IMG/VR virus record: IMGVR_UViG_3300006104_000014
Location: 1 to 64,000 of that record
Source of the DNA: a virus
Length of the DNA: 64,000 nucleotides
Strand: one strand, 5' to 3'
Part shown: positions 1 through 9,887 of the stretch, piece after piece
How the letters are laid out: each line of letters opens with the position of its first letter
Numbering within the stretch: the first letter of the stretch is position 1
Program-made: the position numbers and the translations under genes
Notes under the pieces: model-generated
Database searches by the model: none
Told to the model about the DNA's origin: nothing
The model's input: only the letters and a program-made list of their open reading frames with translations

Positions 1-1424
1 CCGGTCGTGCCTTGATATCCCTGCAAACCCTGTGTGCCTTGGTTGCCCTGCGGTCCCGTTGAACCTTGGGAACCTTGGTTACCTTGCGAACCTTGTACGC
101 CTTGGTTGCCTTGCGCTCCGGTCGTGCCTTGATATCCCTGCAAACCCTGTGTGCCTTGGTTTCCCTGATATCCTTGAGTTCCTTGGCTACCCTGTGCGCC
201 CTGTACGCCCTGATTACCTTGGTATCCCTGCGTGCCTTGAACTCCTTGGGTTCCTTGCGCTCCGGTCGTGCCTTGGTAGCCTTGAGAACCTTGTGCGCCC
301 TGATAGCCCTGCACACCTTGGCTACCCTGAGTGCCCTGATATCCTTGAAAGCCTTGATTGCCTTGTGCTCCGGTGGTTCCTTGTGATCCTTGTGATCCTT
401 GCGGCCCGGTCAAACCTTGATAACCCTGTGATCCTTGCGGCCCGGTCAAACCTTGATAACCCTGTGCTCCTTGAGGTCCGGTAGCGCCGGCAGAACCGGG
501 AGAAGATGCCAGCGAGAATGTCCAGTAGGCTCCGTAGGTTCCTGTACCGCTGTGTGAGTAAACGAGGACGGTAATGGAGGTGTCCAACGAGAGGGCTGTA
601 ATCTGCCCGTAGAGCGACACGCCAGCGTTGTTGTAGACGTAGACCCATTCCTGACCACCATAGGCTGCAAGATACGCTCCGGTGTAGGGCGTGGCAAAAG
701 TGACTGAGGTTCCGTCAATGCCGCCGTTTAGCGTGACCGAGGTGGTTGAGGTGACATTGAGGAACGAGCGACCTTGGTTTCCCTGATATCCTTGACTTCC
801 CTGAACACCTTGAGAGCCAGAGCCCTGAATACCTTGTGCGCCTTGGAAGCCTTGGTAGCCCTGGTAGCCCTGGTAGCCCTGGTAGCCCTGCGGGCCGATG
901 TCTCCTTGTGGTCCCTGAGCACCGTCGTTGCCTTGCGGACCTTGTGGACCTTGTGCTCCACCACCGCCACCACTAAATGTTATTGGAACCCAAACACCAC
1001 CACCATCTCCACTATTTAATCCTGTACCGGGGTTACTGCTTCCTTGAAACCCAAGTACTTGCCCTGAAGCTGGTACTACATTAGCAATTGGGTATCCGTT
1101 TAAACCAACTACAGTTGGATTGGGGAAAGAACCATCTAAGTCACCATTTGCAGGTCCGGTAGCTAATCCTAATTCACCACAAAAGAAGAGTAATCTGTAG
1201 GAAGGAGAAGCTCTTTTTTCTACAATCCAATCTTGACCTTGTTGCAAAGAGCTTAATACAACACCAGGTGGAAGTACAGTTAGGTCAATCTGATATTGGA
1301 ACCCAATAGCATCCTGCCCTACTACTCTAGCCGTATCAGTAAGACTATCTACATAGGGTTCTGTTTGTAAAGTAACTCTTCTAACGTTGGAAGATGTATC
1401 ATATTGTCTATGAATTGTTGGCAT
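1..1424 (-). CDS. Collagen-like (Gly-X-Gln repeat) tail fibre or baseplate spike protein, 3' end outside the window; missing from the ORF track
   Basis: ATG at 1424 gives MPTIHRQYDTSSNVRRVTLQTEPY..., then GAQGPQGPQGNDGAQGPQGDIGPQGYQGYQG... repeats; frame stays open to the window edge; directly follows the baseplate hub gene. Confidence 0.8.
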   Translation of the reverse strand, partial: MPTIHRQYDTSSNVRRVTLQTEPYVDSLTDTARVVGQDAIGFQYQIDLTVLPPGVVLSSLQQGQDWIVEKRASPSYRLLFFCGELGLATGPANGDLDGSFPNPTVVGLNGYPIANVVPASGQVLGFQGSSNPGTGLNSGDGGGVWVPITFSGGGGGAQGPQGPQGNDGAQGPQGDIGPQGYQGYQGYQGYQGFQGAQGIQGSGSQGVQGSQGYQGNQGRSFLNVTSTTSVTLNGGIDGTSVTFATPYTGAYLAAYGGQEWVYVYNNAGVSLYGQITALSLDTSITVLVYSHSGTGTYGAYWTFSLASSPGSAGATGPQGAQGYQGLTGPQGSQGYQGLTGPQGSQGSQGTTGAQGNQGFQGYQGTQGSQGVQGYQGAQGSQGYQGTTGAQGTQGVQGTQGYQGNQGVQGAQGSQGTQGYQGNQGTQGLQGYQGTTGAQGNQGVQGSQGNQGSQGSTGPQGNQGTQGLQGYQGTT

Positions 1425-1505
1425 TTAGTTTCTCTAGTACTTGGGGGAAAATATATTAAAACTTTGTTTCAATTTAAGAGACTCGAGTCTCTATATGTGT
1501 CTTCT

Positions 1506-4505
1506 TTAGCTAACGGGGAATCCATAATGCATAATTTGTACATTTCCATTAGCATCTCTGGTAATAGGGCACGTAACCTGAGCTTCTGTAGTAAACCCAC
1601 CTTCTCTTGAACCTTGGTGTGTTACTGACTGTACATAAACTTCAATCCCGTGATCAGCTAAATTAATTCTCATACCTGGATAAAGCTCAGGCATAAACGT
1701 AAACGAAACCTCTGTAGTATATTGTTGGGACCAATTTAAAAGGAACAGCTGCCAAGCATACATAAATTCAAGCAAATGACTTTGAATCATTGGCTGTTCT
1801 TGTACTATTGGCCTCATGCCATACCTATTTAGGAAGTTGATAGCTTGGTTACCAAATAGAGAATCTGTAGCTTTCTTATCTCCCTTGAATAAATATGCCA
1901 TAATTTCTGGAATTTGCAATGAAACAATTCCATTACTAGAAATCCAGTCAGCAAGCTGAACACCCTGTCCCATAAAGAAAGGATCTCCAGCAACGCCTAC
2001 GTGGGTAACTAAGTAATTATCATCATGTTGAATTTTAAAGTCTAAAATTTCGATGTCATAAACATCAATAGTTGGAGCTGTACCATATAACCCAAAGTAA
2101 TCTGGATACCAGGCAACAAAATCACCATTGGGGGCTGATTGGAAATCCCTAAGGCTTGTAGTAATTAGTGTAGATATGCTACTTAATACTGGGACATCAG
2201 AAATAAAAGCTCTGGGAGAACCAAACATCCATAATGCTTTTGTATCCATTCCAGCATTTGTCCACTCAAAGTTAAAATTACCATTTCCTGTACTAGAAAT
2301 GTTAGTGGATGCACCAGTTGTTCCAGTTACAGATGTAGTAATTTGAGTAGTAGGAGTAAGGTTTCCATAAACTGAAACTGTATTGTTGTTAATGTTTCCT
2401 GGTGTTACACCAGATGCTAAAGTTGTTGACGTCATAGTAGTACTGCCCCGGCCCTCATCTGTAACACCAGTAGAGGGTCTTCTAATACCACCAATAGCTT
2501 TTAACCCAGAAGATCCAGGAACCCAGTATTGAATTATTTCACTAAGACTAGCCAATATAATACCAGGGCTTCCTGGAGCATGATTCCCAATAGTATCGTT
2601 CTTATCAGGCCCACCAGCAGCTTGGATAACTTGTACTCCACTTCTGCCTTGAACTTCTCCAACGTACATCATTACGTGCTGAGCTTGTGTAGACCCCTCC
2701 ATCCAAAAGATCAAATCTCCAGTTCTTAATGTGTTAGTTAACTTATTAACTTTAATACCGTACCCGTTAGGGTCACAAACTCCATTTTGATTTAATTCAC
2801 TTACTGGAATAAATCTACCAGGCATATCAGTATCTGTTCGTAAACCTTCTGCACCCTTTCCACCAAAGTTTAATCCAGCTTTAGAATAGCTCCAATCTAC
2901 TAAACCTGAGCAGTCAAAACCTGTTGGTGTAGTTCCAGATCCACTATGTCCATAACCCCAAGAATAAGGTTTTCCTAGCTGTGTTAAAGCATAAGATACA
3001 GCACTAGCTGCTACGTTTGTTCCATTTTGGTCATTTACAGTCGTACTGCTACCCATTGTTATAAGGCTACTTTGCCCTGTTGTAACAATTTTACCGTTAG
3101 TTGGTTTATCTTGGGGAAAACTGCTATTAAGATTAAAACCAGCAGCCTTTAATTGCTGCTGCAAGCTTGTACTGTTTTGTACACCTGGAGTAATCAACGA
3201 AGAAGTAGTATCAACAAAAGCACATGTTACAGGTACTACGTTGCTGTAATAAAAATCTAATTCTCTATTAACTCCTTGTCTTGTTACTACGGGACCAGCT
3301 AAAGCTTCCCAAGCTGCCCTACTTAGTCCAATACCAGCATCTTTACCACCTGGAGGGACTTTTGCTGTAATACTTGCCCTTACAACTACCTGATTTCCAT
3401 TTTGAGTGTTAGTAAGAAGTATGGGTCTACCTTCATTAAAGTTACTATCTTCAGATAACCAGTCTCTGGCCGTATTCCTAGCATCACTGTTAATATTAGG
3501 TTCGTTGGAGTAAGGCCAAGGAATGATTGACCAAAAGTCTACTGGACCCCACTGTGGGTTCTTAATAGCATCTTTTCCTGCACAGTTACCAGGTGATAAA
3601 GTATTACCTTGATCAATATAACTCTGTAACTCAGTGTTATCTAAGCCTATAATTTCAACACCGTCTTGCTTAGTTGAGCTTACAGCCCTATTATAAGCTA
3701 CAGCATAAGCATAGGTTTTTTGACCATAAGGAATTTCTACAAGAGATTGATTTACTGCTCCACCATTACTAGTAGTAGGATTATTCCAAGCAATTGCTTC
3801 ATCTTGAGCTAATAAGTTAGCTCCAGCTGCAATTCCAGCTCCATCTAGTAGTTGCATTAAGGTTACTGTACTATTTTGGGACAATGATGTAGCTGAGTTA
3901 CCTACAATGTCATTATTGTAAATATTTTCAGCATATGTTATCCAGTCATTGGGTAAAGCTGAAATATGAATATTGCTAAGTGGCCAGTAAGCTACCTGGG
4001 ACAGTACGTCTCTAACACTTTGGGCTACTCCACCATCATTTCCGTAACCAACAACTGCATTACTAATATCTTTACCCTCTAAGATACCAGGTACTAATGC
4101 TTGAAACTGTGGGATTGAAGCATCCCAATAAACATTTTGCAATCTATAGAGTGTACAGTTTGCAGTAATTTGTATTGGGGATGGGATAAGTCCAATAATA
4201 GGAGCTGAAGTTACAAACCCAGAAAATACTTGTAAATAGGTAGTTCTTTTAAGCAGGATAATAATTCTATCCATAGTCTCAATGATTGGAGGCTCCGTCC
4301 CAATAGCGCCAGGTGTACCTGCTGGGGTGTATTTCCAGTCTTTATTAGTAAGAATTACTGATGCAGAACTAGTAGCATTAACCTGTCTTGTTACAGTAAA
4401 TGACATAACGTCATCCGAAACATCAATGAAACCATTTCTAGTTGTAGAAATATACACTTTAACATCAGGTGTATATGCAAAGGTTCCAGCGTTACCAAAA
4501 GGCAT
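1506..4505 (-). CDS. Baseplate hub protein with inserted NlpC/P60 peptidoglycan endopeptidase domain
   Basis: GKPYSWG...GFDCSGLVDWSY...GDLIF...HVMMYVG NlpC/P60 motifs; C-terminal PELYPGMRI...YVQSVTH...FTT hub-like segment; downstream of tape measure. Confidence 0.8.
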   Translation of the reverse strand: MPFGNAGTFAYTPDVKVYISTTRNGFIDVSDDVMSFTVTRQVNATSSASVILTNKDWKYTPAGTPGAIGTEPPIIETMDRIIILLKRTTYLQVFSGFVTSAPIIGLIPSPIQITANCTLYRLQNVYWDASIPQFQALVPGILEGKDISNAVVGYGNDGGVAQSVRDVLSQVAYWPLSNIHISALPNDWITYAENIYNNDIVGNSATSLSQNSTVTLMQLLDGAGIAAGANLLAQDEAIAWNNPTTSNGGAVNQSLVEIPYGQKTYAYAVAYNRAVSSTKQDGVEIIGLDNTELQSYIDQGNTLSPGNCAGKDAIKNPQWGPVDFWSIIPWPYSNEPNINSDARNTARDWLSEDSNFNEGRPILLTNTQNGNQVVVRASITAKVPPGGKDAGIGLSRAAWEALAGPVVTRQGVNRELDFYYSNVVPVTCAFVDTTSSLITPGVQNSTSLQQQLKAAGFNLNSSFPQDKPTNGKIVTTGQSSLITMGSSTTVNDQNGTNVAASAVSYALTQLGKPYSWGYGHSGSGTTPTGFDCSGLVDWSYSKAGLNFGGKGAEGLRTDTDMPGRFIPVSELNQNGVCDPNGYGIKVNKLTNTLRTGDLIFWMEGSTQAQHVMMYVGEVQGRSGVQVIQAAGGPDKNDTIGNHAPGSPGIILASLSEIIQYWVPGSSGLKAIGGIRRPSTGVTDEGRGSTTMTSTTLASGVTPGNINNNTVSVYGNLTPTTQITTSVTGTTGASTNISSTGNGNFNFEWTNAGMDTKALWMFGSPRAFISDVPVLSSISTLITTSLRDFQSAPNGDFVAWYPDYFGLYGTAPTIDVYDIEILDFKIQHDDNYLVTHVGVAGDPFFMGQGVQLADWISSNGIVSLQIPEIMAYLFKGDKKATDSLFGNQAINFLNRYGMRPIVQEQPMIQSHLLEFMYAWQLFLLNWSQQYTTEVSFTFMPELYPGMRINLADHGIEVYVQSVTHQGSREGGFTTEAQVTCPITRDANGNVQIMHYGFPVS

Positions 4506-5308
4506 TAGCTTCCTATCTGTTGTGCTTGAGTTGGGTTGGGTACAGTAGAAACTGGTGGAGCAGTATTATTAAAATATGTAGTCCCACCGTAGATAGCTAA
4601 AGTACTTTCTCCAGGAATTAAACTTACGTCTATTCCAGATTTTATCAGCTGGGTAGAGTAATCATTAAAAAGTGAATTGGAAGGAACATTAACGGGTAGT
4701 AGGAAAGCTTCATTTGCTTGATCAGCTATTCCACTAGATGTTATAGCTCCAGTAAGATTATTTAAAATGTTCATATTATATGAACGTGTAAAGGTAGATT
4801 TAAATCTAGAGTATTCTTTTTCTGCTGTTTGAATCCAACCTTGGAACACTGAAGGAAAATCTGTACTTGACAAAGTTGTACTAGACCCAACACTTTCGTC
4901 ACTAATCAATGGGTTTCCATTAGCATTATTTAGTAATGTTAAAGTCATTGGAGTGGGTTGGGACCCCGTAGTTAATGCTGAAGCTCTATGGTGAGACCTT
5001 ATAGAGTTTTGGAATAATTGCATATCATGAAAGCTTGTAACATTATTTACTGACTGTAAAGCCCATTGGATGGTAAACGAAATAAACATTTCTCCACGTC
5101 TAATAGGGAACCAAGAAATGCCTCTCCTAACTTGACTGGAGTCATACTGTGTAAAGATACCTGTTTGCAAAGAAGTTATATTTACGTAAAAATCCCTCGT
5201 ACCAGAGTTTGATCTGTCTGCTAAAGTAATGATAGCATTATGTGGATTTGTACTATTTAGAAGATTAGAACCAACTGTAGATGTAGACTTTGCAGTAGGA
5301 TCTGACAT
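4505..5308 (-). CDS. Baseplate or tail-tube-initiator-like structural protein
   Basis: 267 aa, tightly coupled between tape measure and hub genes. Confidence 0.5.
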   Translation of the reverse strand: MSDPTAKSTSTVGSNLLNSTNPHNAIITLADRSNSGTRDFYVNITSLQTGIFTQYDSSQVRRGISWFPIRRGEMFISFTIQWALQSVNNVTSFHDMQLFQNSIRSHHRASALTTGSQPTPMTLTLLNNANGNPLISDESVGSSTTLSSTDFPSVFQGWIQTAEKEYSRFKSTFTRSYNMNILNNLTGAITSSGIADQANEAFLLPVNVPSNSLFNDYSTQLIKSGIDVSLIPGESTLAIYGGTTYFNNTAPPVSTVPNPTQAQQIGS

Positions 5309-5309
5309 A

Positions 5310-5495
5310 TCAGTCTCCTAAGAAGTTCAAGGGATTATCTGCACTCACAAGGTTAGATTGATGTATCATACCCTGTACATTAGACCATGCAAAACCATTG
5401 AAGGGGATAAGCTCAGATTCTGGAAAAGTCCTAACAGTTGAAATTGGACAATTAGCTACAAAACCTTGAGTGCTATTTACGGGATTTTGACTCAT
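5310..5495 (-). CDS. Small tail-region hypothetical protein
   Basis: 61 aa ORF filling the gap with 1-nt spacers. Confidence 0.55.
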   Translation of the reverse strand: MSQNPVNSTQGFVANCPISTVRTFPESELIPFNGFAWSNVQGMIHQSNLVSADNPLNFLGD

Positions 5496-5496
5496 T

Positions 5497-6123
5497 TTAA
5501 CCCTGACCTGTAACTTGACTTAATTGATTAAACGAAACTACTCCAGAAGTATTTTGATCTAATCCAGCATAATAACTATTAAAGCCTATACCATGTGTAC
5601 CATTGCTTAAGTTCATATTTACAAATAATGAAACAAGCTCATCAAAACCTGTTTGCCCTGATCCAACTTGCTGGATATCTCCGTATCCACCGTCATCTTG
5701 TATTTCAAACTGAATAGTATAGGGATAAGTTACCGTTGTTGGGTCCCATCCAATATTCATACCTCTAATCCAAACGTAGAGACTACCTATGTCACCAAAG
5801 CTGACACTTGGTAAAACAAACTCTAGAGCTTTAGAATTTTGTACCTGCCATTCCTGCAAAGATTTAATATACTTATAGAGATTGAGCAAATTAAATCTAG
5901 AGCCACTATCTCCAGATAATGACATGCTCCCTGTTTTTACAGAAAGAATTTGGGTAACACGGCCACCGTAGGTATCAAACGATATTTTATTAATATCATA
6001 AGACCAAGTTAAATCGTTTGGGTTAAAGGGTAGTGGCACAATCTTTGTAGCTCCCTGCTTATTTAGGTGAGCTATAAGGTGTGCTGTATTAGATTGAGTT
6101 GTATTGATGTCAATAGGGGCCAT
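5497..6123 (-). CDS. Baseplate / tube-initiator-like protein
   Basis: Directly after tape measure; LPFNPNDLTWSY...TYGGRVTQILS pattern typical of tube-initiator folds. Confidence 0.55.
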   Translation of the reverse strand: MAPIDINTTQSNTAHLIAHLNKQGATKIVPLPFNPNDLTWSYDINKISFDTYGGRVTQILSVKTGSMSLSGDSGSRFNLLNLYKYIKSLQEWQVQNSKALEFVLPSVSFGDIGSLYVWIRGMNIGWDPTTVTYPYTIQFEIQDDGGYGDIQQVGSGQTGFDELVSLFVNMNLSNGTHGIGFNSYYAGLDQNTSGVVSFNQLSQVTGQG

Positions 6124-6138
6124 TAATATATTACCAAT

Positions 6139-8925
6139 CTAAAAGATGTCGTCCCAAAGATGCTCAGCTCCATGGCCAACCCATTGTCCAGCATTTGCAA
6201 CAGATCCTACAGTAGCTACAGCAAGATTTTCAACTGAACCAAATCTAGAAAGTTCACCAGCATGTCTTCCACGCTGTCTATCAAACAACGATTGAGCATT
6301 TCTTGCAGCTTCTGGATTATTAATAATTCTAAGAAGAGCACGAGCACCCGGGGTAAGATCAAACTGTGCTTTAAAGGCCTTAGATTCTCCTGCAAAGCCT
6401 CCCTGTGTAGCAGCAAGATTCCTATTGTTTTCTAAGTCAGCTAAGGTTCTCCAATTGGTGCCATTCATAAGTTTATGGGTATTGGGGTCCATATTACCCA
6501 TTTGTGCCTGACCACTATTAATAGCATTTGCCCATGCAGCATACCTAGCTGTAACTCTAGCACTTCCAGAGCTCTTCATATCTTGAAGCTCTTGGTCAGT
6601 AACTTGCTCATATGTCCCGTTAGCTTTTTTAAGTCTGTAGACTAAGCCTGTAGTCATACCCTTATCGTTTGATGTCAAACTCCAACGTTTTCTGGCATCA
6701 GACTCAGCTAATCTAACAGTCCCAACATACTGTCTTTCAAACATAGTTAGCCCAAGCTGTTCTCTTTCACTCATAGCAGTAAGTTCTTTGGTCTTCATTG
6801 AGTGCATCTCTGAAGATGCCAAACCTTCAATTCTTTGAGCTTCAGCAGTATGAGGAGAACCTCCAAGTGCAGCAACTCCACTTGTGACTACACTTAACCT
6901 CTTATAAGCTGCTTCAACAGCGTTTGTTTGAGTCCAGGAGGTTCCATCTGCATTGGGCATATATTGGTCAAAGATCATAGCAAGTTGCATAGCAAACTGA
7001 CCAACCTTAGCCTTACTATCTCCGTGCTTTAATCCAAGTCTAGCAAGAAGCCCGTCAATTACAGAATCGGATGCTGAAGCAGCGTTAATATCATTTTGCT
7101 GTGCATTACCAGTTCCTCCAGCACCTTGCAAATAATTATACATACTAGATGGAGCAATACCCAGCTGTTGAGCAATCATAGCTTGCCCACCATAGCTTTG
7201 GAATAGAGCAGCTGAACTTCCAGCATTTTGTAATTGAAGATCACCTTGATAAGTTGTTGCCAAACTTAATGCAGCAACACTAAGGCCAGACCCAGTCATA
7301 CCCATACCACCCATAGACTGTAGGTTGGTCGTAAAGTTTTGCTGTAATGCTGCAAAGGATGTAGAAGTACCAGAAGAAACTGTTGCTAAATCACTTAGGG
7401 CACTAGACAATTCTCCTACTGACATTTTAGCTGTTACTACAGCAGCTGCAAACATTTGGGCTGATTCTTGGGGGCTTATGTCATAATTTTCTTTTGCAAA
7501 GATACCAAAATTATATGACTGATCAAGTGTTGAGCCTCTATATCCAGCGGATAAAGCCTGCATACGGATTTGTCTAGAGTCTCCTGAACTAACTCTACCA
7601 AGAGTACTTATACCAGTCCACATATCTTGTAAGCCATACCCTACAGCTTGGCCTTCACTAGTACCACCAGTTACACCTGTATAGGCTTGTTGCTGTTGAG
7701 CCCCATAAGAAAAAGCCTTATAAGTCATAAGACCAGCAGCTACAACAGCAGCTACTGGTAAAGCAACTTCAGCAGCTCCAGCTCCTGCACCACTTAATGC
7801 TCCACCTAAAAGAGAACTTCCACCTTCTGCAGCAGCACTAGCTGAAGCTGTATCAGCTGCTAAACTTTCTCCTGTATAACCAAGAGTTTTGGCTGCTGAT
7901 CTTTCTGCAAGGGCTTTAGAAGCACCAGCATCCATTTTTCCAGCAACATGTTCATCAAATGCAGCTTGTTGATCAGCAAGTGTAGATAGTGACTTTTTAG
8001 CCCCATAAGCTCTAAGAGATCTCCCCAAGTACCCAAGACCTGACTCATCAGCAGTTAAGCTTTCAATTCTACGAAGTGTATACCCTAATCTACCAGACCC
8101 TGGAAGGTTAGTTGCCTGAATACCAGATACTAATTGACCAAACTTTTTATGAGCTTCTTTGGCAATTCGTTCGCCTTCAGATATTCTCTTTACTGTTTTC
8201 CTTCGAGTCTTTTTAGGGGTAACTCCACTAAAATTGATCTTCTTACCAGTTGCTGGGTTAGTATAGGTTGTCCCTGGGCCTGTTGGGGGATCTTCCTCTT
8301 CATCATCATCATCGTCTGAATCTTCCCCGAAACCACCACCACTACCACCAAAAATAATAGGAGGTCTTATACGGCCACCACCGCCTCCTCCACCGCCACC
8401 TGTAGCCGTCGAAAGACCAGCAGATGTTTGTACAGCTTGGGTATTTTGATGAATAGCAGAAGCTAACTGACCTATTAACTGTTCTAAGTCTTGTGTACTC
8501 GAAGCTGATATACCAGCTGGCCCTCCACTACCACCATGAAGTAAGTTACCTAAGTTAACTCCACTAAGGTTACCACCAAGTGCATTACTAATTTGGCCAA
8601 TACTAGTATTTAACTCACTAAAAGCAGACTTTAACTGCTGTGTAGTACGAAGCTGATTATCAACAGCATCACGAATTTGTAGCTCAATTTGTAGAGCTTC
8701 TCTTCTTTCACCCAAGGATGTTTGCTGATCAGACAGCAACTTTCCAAACTTTTCTTGGGTAGTCTCAATGGACTCTTCAAAAGCTTTTTGGGTACTTACT
8801 GTTTGTTGATAAAGGCTTAGGAAGGTAGTCATTTCTTGGATACTTCTATCCAAGTTAGTTCTAAACTCCATGGGGAGGATAATAGCCCCTGGACCTGGTC
8901 CTAAGATATTATCGTTATAATCCAT
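6139..8925 (-). CDS. Tape measure protein
   Basis: About 930 aa, Ala/Gly-rich and helical, follows the tail chaperone pair; start may be 8925 or 8931. Confidence 0.8.
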   Translation of the reverse strand: MDYNDNILGPGPGAIILPMEFRTNLDRSIQEMTTFLSLYQQTVSTQKAFEESIETTQEKFGKLLSDQQTSLGERREALQIELQIRDAVDNQLRTTQQLKSAFSELNTSIGQISNALGGNLSGVNLGNLLHGGSGGPAGISASSTQDLEQLIGQLASAIHQNTQAVQTSAGLSTATGGGGGGGGGRIRPPIIFGGSGGGFGEDSDDDDDEEEDPPTGPGTTYTNPATGKKINFSGVTPKKTRRKTVKRISEGERIAKEAHKKFGQLVSGIQATNLPGSGRLGYTLRRIESLTADESGLGYLGRSLRAYGAKKSLSTLADQQAAFDEHVAGKMDAGASKALAERSAAKTLGYTGESLAADTASASAAAEGGSSLLGGALSGAGAGAAEVALPVAAVVAAGLMTYKAFSYGAQQQQAYTGVTGGTSEGQAVGYGLQDMWTGISTLGRVSSGDSRQIRMQALSAGYRGSTLDQSYNFGIFAKENYDISPQESAQMFAAAVVTAKMSVGELSSALSDLATVSSGTSTSFAALQQNFTTNLQSMGGMGMTGSGLSVAALSLATTYQGDLQLQNAGSSAALFQSYGGQAMIAQQLGIAPSSMYNYLQGAGGTGNAQQNDINAASASDSVIDGLLARLGLKHGDSKAKVGQFAMQLAMIFDQYMPNADGTSWTQTNAVEAAYKRLSVVTSGVAALGGSPHTAEAQRIEGLASSEMHSMKTKELTAMSEREQLGLTMFERQYVGTVRLAESDARKRWSLTSNDKGMTTGLVYRLKKANGTYEQVTDQELQDMKSSGSARVTARYAAWANAINSGQAQMGNMDPNTHKLMNGTNWRTLADLENNRNLAATQGGFAGESKAFKAQFDLTPGARALLRIINNPEAARNAQSLFDRQRGRHAGELSRFGSVENLAVATVGSVANAGQWVGHGAEHLWDDIF

Positions 8926-9358
8926 CTTCATCCCCTAATAAGTCTATATCAATTCCATGTTGCTCTAGGGAGTTAGTTGAAATTATTTGTAACTCTTGGG
9001 CTTCTTCTTTGTTGTCTAGACCGTAACCCATCTTCTTAGAGAGTTCAGCAAAGTCCCGGAAGACTTCTTCTGCTTCTTCCATGCTTTCTGGGTTGACCCA
9101 GACAATTTCGTCAACGCTGTAAGAGTTAAGTTCTTCTCTCTTATCCTGATAAGCCTTGTAAAGCTCAGGACGGTGAATTAAGAGATCTTGCTGGAACTTT
9201 TCATCCAGTGACTCAATTTCACGCTTTTGCTCTAAGTGTAAAAATAAGATAAGAAAATTTTGCTGTATTGTATTGAGATTATTATTAGTAAGTACACCCT
9301 TGTTGTAGGCTAACCTAATATGATGGAGGATGTAGGGATCTACTTCCCATCTTTTGGG
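8915..9358 (-). CDS. Tail assembly chaperone, -1 frameshift extension (gpGT-like)
   Basis: Open frame with no start near its 5' end (WEVDPYILHHIRLAY...DEDGL*), entered by a -1 slip at C_CCA_AAA (9352-9358). Confidence 0.8.
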   Translation of the reverse strand, partial: PKRWEVDPYILHHIRLAYNKGVLTNNNLNTIQQNFLILFLHLEQKREIESLDEKFQQDLLIHRPELYKAYQDKREELNSYSVDEIVWVNPESMEEAEEVFRDFAELSKKMGYGLDNKEEAQELQIISTNSLEQHGIDIDLLGDEDGL

Positions 9359-9834
9359 TTATCGTTTTCACTCTCTACTTCATCTTCGAAAATAGGAGTT
9401 GGGCCAGGTGCTTGGAAGATCCCTAGTTCTTGCAGTACACTTAATACTTGGCCCTCTAATTGGTCAACTTCTACGTAAAGGATATCAATAACGAAATCAT
9501 ACCAACCATTAACTACGTAGTCATACTTTTGTTGGAGTACGTTAGAACCCTTAGAGGCTGGAACTAATCTTCTTCCATCTACGGATTCCAATGCAGCAGC
9601 TACAACAGCAGCTCTATAGGCTCTACCGTATCCAACTGTATCTTCGTATGGTTTAGTTAAAAGGCTAATTTCTAGCTTTTCATTAACAGTAAGTGTTTTG
9701 ATAACAAACTTGTGGAAAGGGATTGAATTAACTTCTTTTTTCAAGTACCCTAGGTATAATAAACCTTCAAACTTATCTTTCCACTCTTCTGGAAAGGTAA
9801 GTAAGTTTTCTTCACTAAGTTGGGTTTCCAACAT
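9340..9834 (-). CDS. Tail assembly chaperone (gpG-like)
   Basis: Between tube and tape measure; ends in the slippery heptamer C CCA AAA. Confidence 0.8.
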   Translation of the reverse strand: MLETQLSEENLLTFPEEWKDKFEGLLYLGYLKKEVNSIPFHKFVIKTLTVNEKLEISLLTKPYEDTVGYGRAYRAAVVAAALESVDGRRLVPASKGSNVLQQKYDYVVNGWYDFVIDILYVEVDQLEGQVLSVLQELGIFQAPGPTPIFEDEVESENDNPKDGK

Positions 9835-9887
9835 ATCTCCTTAGGTCAAGGATAGATGATCTATCTACCTTTGTTACTGCTTAAAAA

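Noticed and set aside
1-1019. Plus-strand and alternative-frame ORFs and tandem repeats at the window start
   Set aside because: They are shadows of the minus-strand Gly-X-Gln collagen gene
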